A stretch of DNA of 64,000 nucleotides from positions 12,746 through 76,745 of the forward strand of contig JAQBVF010000019.1 of NCBI GenBank assembly GCA_027623675.1, given 5' to 3'. The notes under the pieces were generated by a model. The model saw nothing but the letters and a program-made list of their open reading frames with translations. It did not search any database and was not told the origin of the DNA. Shown here piece by piece: positions 58,909 to 64,000 of this stretch. The stretch comes from Chloroflexota bacterium. GTDB lineage: Bacteria > Chloroflexota > Dehalococcoidia > Lucifugimonadales > UBA3495. Every line of letters begins with the position of its first letter. Position 1 is the first letter of the stretch. Position numbers and translations under genes: made by a program.

Positions 58909-60450
58909 ATGTATAAATCAAAGATATTCCTCCCCGCTGCGGCCGCAGCGGGGAGCTTAGTTGCCTGGCCGGCCTACGCCCACGGGTTTGGCGAGCGGAC
59001 AGAACTGCCGGTGCCGCTGGGGTTCTTCCTCATCGGAGCGGGACTGGCCGTGGCGCTGTCGTTCGTCTTCATCAGCGTCCTGGTAAAGGTTGGCGGCGAA
59101 GGAACCTACTGGCGGTTCAACCTGCTTGGCTCAGGCTGGTCGCGGGCAGGGCTGACCTCGCCGGTGCTGCTGCTGCCGATCAAACTGCTTTCGGTGTTCT
59201 TGACCGGACTGGTCATCGCAACCGGTTATGCCGGCGATCCGAGCCCCGTGCTCAACTTCAGTCCCACCTTTGTTTGGATCATCTGGTGGGTCGGCATGGC
59301 CTTCACCGTGGCGTTGTTGGGCAACATCTGGGCGTTGGTCAATCCCTGGAAGATCCTGTTTGGCTGGGCCGAGGGCATGTACCAGGCAGCCCGTCCCGGC
59401 CGGTCTCTGTCTCTAGGCTTGGAATACCCCAGAGGTTGGGGGATCTGGCCCGCCCTGATTTTGTTCATCTTGTTCATATGGATACAAGACGCCTATCCCA
59501 AGTCCGACGTACCCAGCCAAGTCGCCACCATGACCATTCTCTACTCGGTAATCACACTTGGGGGGATGGCGGTCTTTGGCCGGAACCAGTGGCTGCGGCA
59601 CGGCGAGGCGTTCACCGTCGTGTTCGGTCTCCTGTCCCGGTTCTCACCCACCGAGGTGCGGGTCGCCAACGAAGCAGCATGTCTGGCATGTAGCGCCGAA
59701 TGCCGCGATCTGGACGGCGAATGCATCGACTGCTACGAATGTTTCGAGATGTCAGGCCAACGGGAACTCAACCTGAGGCCGTACGCCATCGGGTTGGGTC
59801 GAAACGAACTGGTAACCAACGACGTTTTGGCCTTAGTGGCTCTGATGTTGGCCACGGTGACATTCGATGGGTTCAGCGCCACATCGGCCTGGGCGGAGTT
59901 TCAAACCTTCGTGATCGATCTCTTCGGAACGGGTGGAGGCGATGTCTTCAACAGTTTGACCCTGGCGGACACTCTCGGTGTAGCGCTGGTTCCGGTGGGA
60001 TTCTTCCTGGTCTACCTAATCTTCTCCAAGCTGATGGCCAGTTCAGTCCAAGGTGAAGTGGGCGCCATGGAGTTGGCCCGGGTGTTCGCTTTTTCCCTGA
60101 TCCCCATCGCTTTGGCCTATAACATCGCCCACTTCGTCACGTTGTTGGTGGTACAGGGCCAACTGATCATTCCATTGGTGTCTGACCCATTCGGCTTGGG
60201 TTGGGACCTGTTCAACACCGCGGAGTACACGTTGGATATCAGCGTGATCAACGCGCGGGTACTGTGGTTCTTGTCTGTGGCCTTGATCGTGTTGGGACAC
60301 GTGCTAGCGGTTTATCTGGCTCACAGAGTCGCGATCAGGACCTTCAGCGACCGGGCCGCAGCCATGAATAGTCAATACCCCATGCTGGCTCTGATGGTGG
60401 TATACACCGTTATTAGCCTTTGGATCATCGCCCAGCCGATCGTCCAATAG
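58909..60450 (+). CDS. polytopic membrane protein with Cys-rich loop
   Basis: Signal ending AYA|HG; about 11-12 TM; CLACSAEC...CIDCYEC; PIALAYNIAH. Confidence 0.8.
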   Translation: MYKSKIFLPAAAAAGSLVAWPAYAHGFGERTELPVPLGFFLIGAGLAVALSFVFISVLVKVGGEGTYWRFNLLGSGWSRAGLTSPVLLLPIKLLSVFLTGLVIATGYAGDPSPVLNFSPTFVWIIWWVGMAFTVALLGNIWALVNPWKILFGWAEGMYQAARPGRSLSLGLEYPRGWGIWPALILFILFIWIQDAYPKSDVPSQVATMTILYSVITLGGMAVFGRNQWLRHGEAFTVVFGLLSRFSPTEVRVANEAACLACSAECRDLDGECIDCYECFEMSGQRELNLRPYAIGLGRNELVTNDVLALVALMLATVTFDGFSATSAWAEFQTFVIDLFGTGGGDVFNSLTLADTLGVALVPVGFFLVYLIFSKLMASSVQGEVGAMELARVFAFSLIPIALAYNIAHFVTLLVVQGQLIIPLVSDPFGLGWDLFNTAEYTLDISVINARVLWFLSVALIVLGHVLAVYLAHRVAIRTFSDRAAAMNSQYPMLALMVVYTVISLWIIAQPIVQ

Positions 60451-60914
60451 CTAACCCGGGACCGGCATCCCCCGCAGAAACGCGGCTAACCTACAGGCAA
60501 TGGGCCGTAGGGGCATCTTGATTCAATCGGGATGCCCCAACGGCCCAATCCCATCCACCTTGACGCTGCCGGTGGTGGTCTTTAGAATCAGGAACAAGAT
60601 TAGCCGCTGAAATGGCGTTCGTGGGTGAGAGATATGCGCAGGTTCTTGATTCCGTTGGTGTTCGTGGTCCTTTTGACCGTTGCCGCGGTTGTACCTGCGG
60701 CGGCCAATTCGCCGGTGGAAGCCCCGGCACATTCCGCTCCCAGTTGCAGTTCTATCTAGCACCTGCTGGTTCCCGCTAGCATTGCCTGGCCCCGGCAATC
60801 TCCGTGGCTTCCTCTCCGGCAGGCGGCAAAGCTGCCGGAACAACGGCGGATAAACACAGATATCCGGTCCCGGTTCACGCTATGTGGGCGGGGCCTTTTT
60901 TTGGGCGTTGCACA

Positions 60915-61643
60915 TTGGAAGAACTCATCAAGATTGCCGCCGTCGTCGTGGCAACGGCCATCGGCTTCACCATAGCCGGGGTGGCCGGGTTCGGCGGCGG
61001 AGTGGTGGCGCTGCCGGTGCTGGTATGGGTCTTCGGCGTGCGTGAGGCGATCCCCATCCTGTCCATCTCCCAGTTGTTCAGCACCGTATCCCGCGTTTGG
61101 CTACACCGGGATGGGATCAACTGGCCGGTGGTGCGCAATTTCGCGTTGGGTGGTGTGCCGCTGTCCGTGGTCGGCAGCTTCCTCTTCGTGTCCATAGACA
61201 CGTCGGTGCTGGTCCGCATACTGGGAGTGATGATGCTTCTGTTCGTGGTCTACACCCGGATGCCGGTGGGCCGCGACTTCAACATGAAACTGTGGGGGTT
61301 CGTGCCCCTGGGGGCCACAACCGGGTTCGGCTCGGCCTTTCTGGGCATCCCCGGCCCCTTTTCCGCCGTCTTCTACCTGGCCTACGGGCTGGCGGCCAGC
61401 TCATATATCGGCACATCTGCCTTGGGTATGGGGATGATACAGATACCCAAGTTAATCATATTCGGCTCAAATGGCCTTTTCACACCGCGGGTCCTGCTGC
61501 TGGGCATCGGCCTTGGCGCCATCGCCGCCGGCTCCGCCTACGTGGGCAGAGTCATACTAAAGCGCGTACCGGAGCAGGTTTTCCCCAGGATCATCACCGC
61601 CATGCTGCTGATCTCCGGCGTGATATTCCTGATCAAGGGGTAA
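60915..61643 (+). CDS. sulfite exporter TauE/SafE family
   Basis: GVAGFGGGVVALPVL, GIPGP; highly hydrophobic. Confidence 0.85.
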   Translation: MEELIKIAAVVVATAIGFTIAGVAGFGGGVVALPVLVWVFGVREAIPILSISQLFSTVSRVWLHRDGINWPVVRNFALGGVPLSVVGSFLFVSIDTSVLVRILGVMMLLFVVYTRMPVGRDFNMKLWGFVPLGATTGFGSAFLGIPGPFSAVFYLAYGLAASSYIGTSALGMGMIQIPKLIIFGSNGLFTPRVLLLGIGLGAIAAGSAYVGRVILKRVPEQVFPRIITAMLLISGVIFLIKG

Positions 61644-61853
61644 TGCTTACCGAGCGCATATCGGCGTAATCCTCGGCAATCCTTGTGTTACTTCCATGTC
61701 TCTGCCGGGCCTTTACCGGGCCTTTACCTTGCTTCTGGCGTGCCTACGGACCCGATGCTTCCGTAACTTTCGCGTAATTCTTCGCGGCGTAACATGGAGC
61801 CGACTGACTAAGTTAGCGTCTATATCCATACCATTTCGCCCAGCCGAGGGATC

Positions 61854-62267
61854 ATGACAACAACCTTACATCGGCCCGTGAACAGCCTGGCCCCAGTCGC
61901 GGAGCCACTCTCCGATAGCTCAGCGCCCAAACGCCGCAGCCGGGACCGCCAGCCATTCACCCCCGAACCGGTAGAGGCGACGGTATATTGGTGGTTCACC
62001 GATGAAGGGCGGACAGCCTGCATGGAGAACCAGTTCTCGACCGTGCCGGCGACGGCTATCCGGTTCCGTTGCATCGGCACCAGCAGCGCCAAGTACCCCA
62101 AGCGGTTCCGGGTGGACCTGGCCCAGGCGATAGACCAGATCCCCGAACTGAACAAGCGGGAGCTTAAAGCGCTGGGCACAGCCATAGCCGATTCCCTGAC
62201 CCGCTCCTTGGGCGTGGAAGTGGTGCCGCTGTCGCCAGACGTTATCGACACCGTTATCGACGCCTAG
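61854..62267 (+). CDS. hypothetical protein
   Basis: GAGG RBS, host-like codon usage, followed by a terminator. Confidence 0.6.
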   Translation: MTTTLHRPVNSLAPVAEPLSDSSAPKRRSRDRQPFTPEPVEATVYWWFTDEGRTACMENQFSTVPATAIRFRCIGTSSAKYPKRFRVDLAQAIDQIPELNKRELKALGTAIADSLTRSLGVEVVPLSPDVIDTVIDA

Positions 62268-62287
62268 CGTCCTTGAAACAAGTAAAC

Positions 62288-62321
62288 AAAAAAGCCCCGA
62301 TGATTTATCGGGGCTTTTTTT
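62288..62321. terminator. bidirectional terminator
   Basis: AAAAAAGCCCCGAT-gattt-ATCGGGGCTTTTTTT between convergent genes. Confidence 0.85.
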
Positions 62322-62358
62322 GTTGGCGGTTAGAGCCAATTTCCGGGGCGCACACGCT

Positions 62359-62814
62359 CTACTTCGCGGCGGCCAACACCCGGCTAAAAACCCGTTCCAC
62401 CATGACCGCCTCTTCTTCGCTGATGTGACCCAAGAACACCTCCCAGGCGTTTTCGGAGTGGTCCGGTCCCACTTGGGCCATAATGTCCAGGCCCTTCTGG
62501 CTGATCACCGCGTAGTACCCACGCCGGTCCCTCGGGCATTGTTCCCGCACCACCAAGCCTTCGCCGATCATACGGTCCACCAGCCGCGTGATGCCGCTGC
62601 GGGTCAGGAGCACCGCCTCCGCTAGTTCGCCCATGCGCAGACCGCTCTCCGGCCCCTCGGCCAGTTGCACCAGAACATCCCACCACGCCAATGGCAGGCC
62701 ATGCTGCTCCTGCATCCGGCGCTCCAAGTGTTTCACAACAGTGGAGTGGGTCTTCAGGAACGACCGCCACATCTGGAGATACTGCTGCTTCTTCCGATCA
62801 TCGGCAGAGGTCAT
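62359..62814 (-). CDS. MarR family transcriptional regulator
   Basis: GLRMGELAEAVLLTRSGITRLVDRM..GLVVR..DRRG. Confidence 0.93.
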   Translation of the reverse strand: MTSADDRKKQQYLQMWRSFLKTHSTVVKHLERRMQEQHGLPLAWWDVLVQLAEGPESGLRMGELAEAVLLTRSGITRLVDRMIGEGLVVREQCPRDRRGYYAVISQKGLDIMAQVGPDHSENAWEVFLGHISEEEAVMVERVFSRVLAAAK

Positions 62815-62827
62815 ACCTAGATTATAG

Positions 62828-62859
62828 GTTTCATTAGTTGGACAATCAACTATTGAAAC
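62828..62859. promoter_or_regulatory. palindromic operator, probably MarR autoregulatory
   Basis: GTTTCATTAGTTG-gacaat-CAACTATTGAAAC (12/13 paired) just upstream of the MarR start. Confidence 0.6.
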
Positions 62860-63449
62860 TGCAACTTAGTGCCGCCAAATGGGAAGAATCGGCAAGATAT
62901 CATGGAGTTGAGGGACGTTTTAACCTCAACCCAGGCACCGGCAAAGCACAGATGCGTACGATCCAAAAGTAACCAAGATCCCGCAAACCGGTGAGATTGG
63001 CCGGTACCGGCAACTAGACGTTGACGGGTCCGGGCCCGGCGGGGCCTACGATTAGAAGGTTTGCCGCAACATCCCACTGGCGCGCACGGTACCGGCTAGG
63101 AATCGTATCGGTATTTTGACTAGCGGGAATCACATTGCACAGGGCTTGGGGGGTGGCGCCGGCTACCGAACTGGGCGGCCAGAACGCCGAGGCACGGCCT
63201 GCTTCCTCGACCCTCCGGGGCTTCGCCAGCATGGAAGTGGCCTCGCCGTCCTGAGCAACAGACATCGTCAAAACGAACCGCGAGCTTGCGGAATATCAGT
63301 AATGGATGGCGCGGGGGATGCCGCCGGCGGTGAAGCGAATTTTATTCATTCCCGCAACCTTTTGCTGCTAGCTTGGTCACCAGGAAATCAACAGAGGGGT
63401 TTACCATGGGAATGAGTTAAATTTCATTACTCTAGAGTGGGAGGGGGTC

Positions 63450-63947
63450 ATGGCAAGATTGGAAGATCCAACCCTTGATGATAGGCTCGGGTTCGCCCCC
63501 TATGTATCCGGGATTGAAAATATCATTCGCAATGCCCCTCCCTTTGATTTGCCTTTCTCGGTTGGTGTCTATGGGCCGTGGGGAGCCGGGAAATCTTCAT
63601 TCATGTTGCAGTTAAAACACAATTTGGAAATGAACAATTACCAGACTTTGTGGTTCGATGCTTGGAAATATGACAGCATCGCCGACGTTCGAAGCGCTCT
63701 TATCCACCGTATCTTTCAAATGATGAGCGAGATATCTAAAAACATTGAGTTCGACATCCAGCTTGCTAAATTTGCCCAACAGACTTCAAATGGATTTTTG
63801 AAACTCCTGAGGCACTCAACCATAACACTTGGAGCGTTTGGGAACGGGATTACAATCCCGCTATCTTCTCCAGATAATACAGGAATGAATCAGAACGCTT
63901 ATTTTGAGGTGGACCCCATCATTAAGACAGGATTGGGGCAGGATTAA
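63450..63947 (+). pseudogene. KAP-family P-loop NTPase, N-terminal fragment
   Basis: DDRLG..VGVYGPWGAGKSS (Walker A), WFDAWKY; ends before any Walker B; AT-rich. Confidence 0.75.
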
Positions 63948-64000
63948 GTGAGGGTCCCGCTGTGTTTCCAAAGTCTACCAATTCTCTGCCTGGCAGCCAC

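Noticed and set aside
63014..63271. Minus-strand ORF faintly resembling an LLM N-terminus (RRVEEAG..SAFW)
   Set aside because: Similarity is too short to support; at most a decayed fragment

Overview
GC-rich bacterial window. Four luciferase-like monooxygenases plus PPOX, DinB, MDMPI, NHL and lar genes suggest SAR202/Dehalococcoidia-like Chloroflexota (inference from gene content only). It holds about 60 CDS, 5 tRNAs and several lower-GC inserts. Highlights: (1) An IS110 element at 34825-36021 is inserted at a CT core inside a REP-like repeat. Its left non-coding end reads as a complete bridge RNA with guides matching both target and donor, a junction promoter forms on circularisation, and an empty target copy sits at 27089. 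The recombinase has one in-frame TAG. (2) Three redox/sulfur genes (AhpD-like, thioredoxin-fold, rhodanese) have an in-frame TGA exactly at the catalytic Cys, each followed by a SECIS-like hairpin, so they are probably hidden selenoproteins. (3) A nitrate/nitrite assimilation cluster has no canonical nitrate reductase in the window. It instead contains a cytoplasmic sulfite-oxidase-family Mo protein, is bracketed by a NifI2/NifI1-like PII pair, and has a GlnR-like regulator with 11-bp phased boxes. (4) Also present: a 1.55-kb integrase-free tRNA-Gly islet, larECB without larA, and candidate defence genes. All family calls come from reading motifs by eye; no searches were run.
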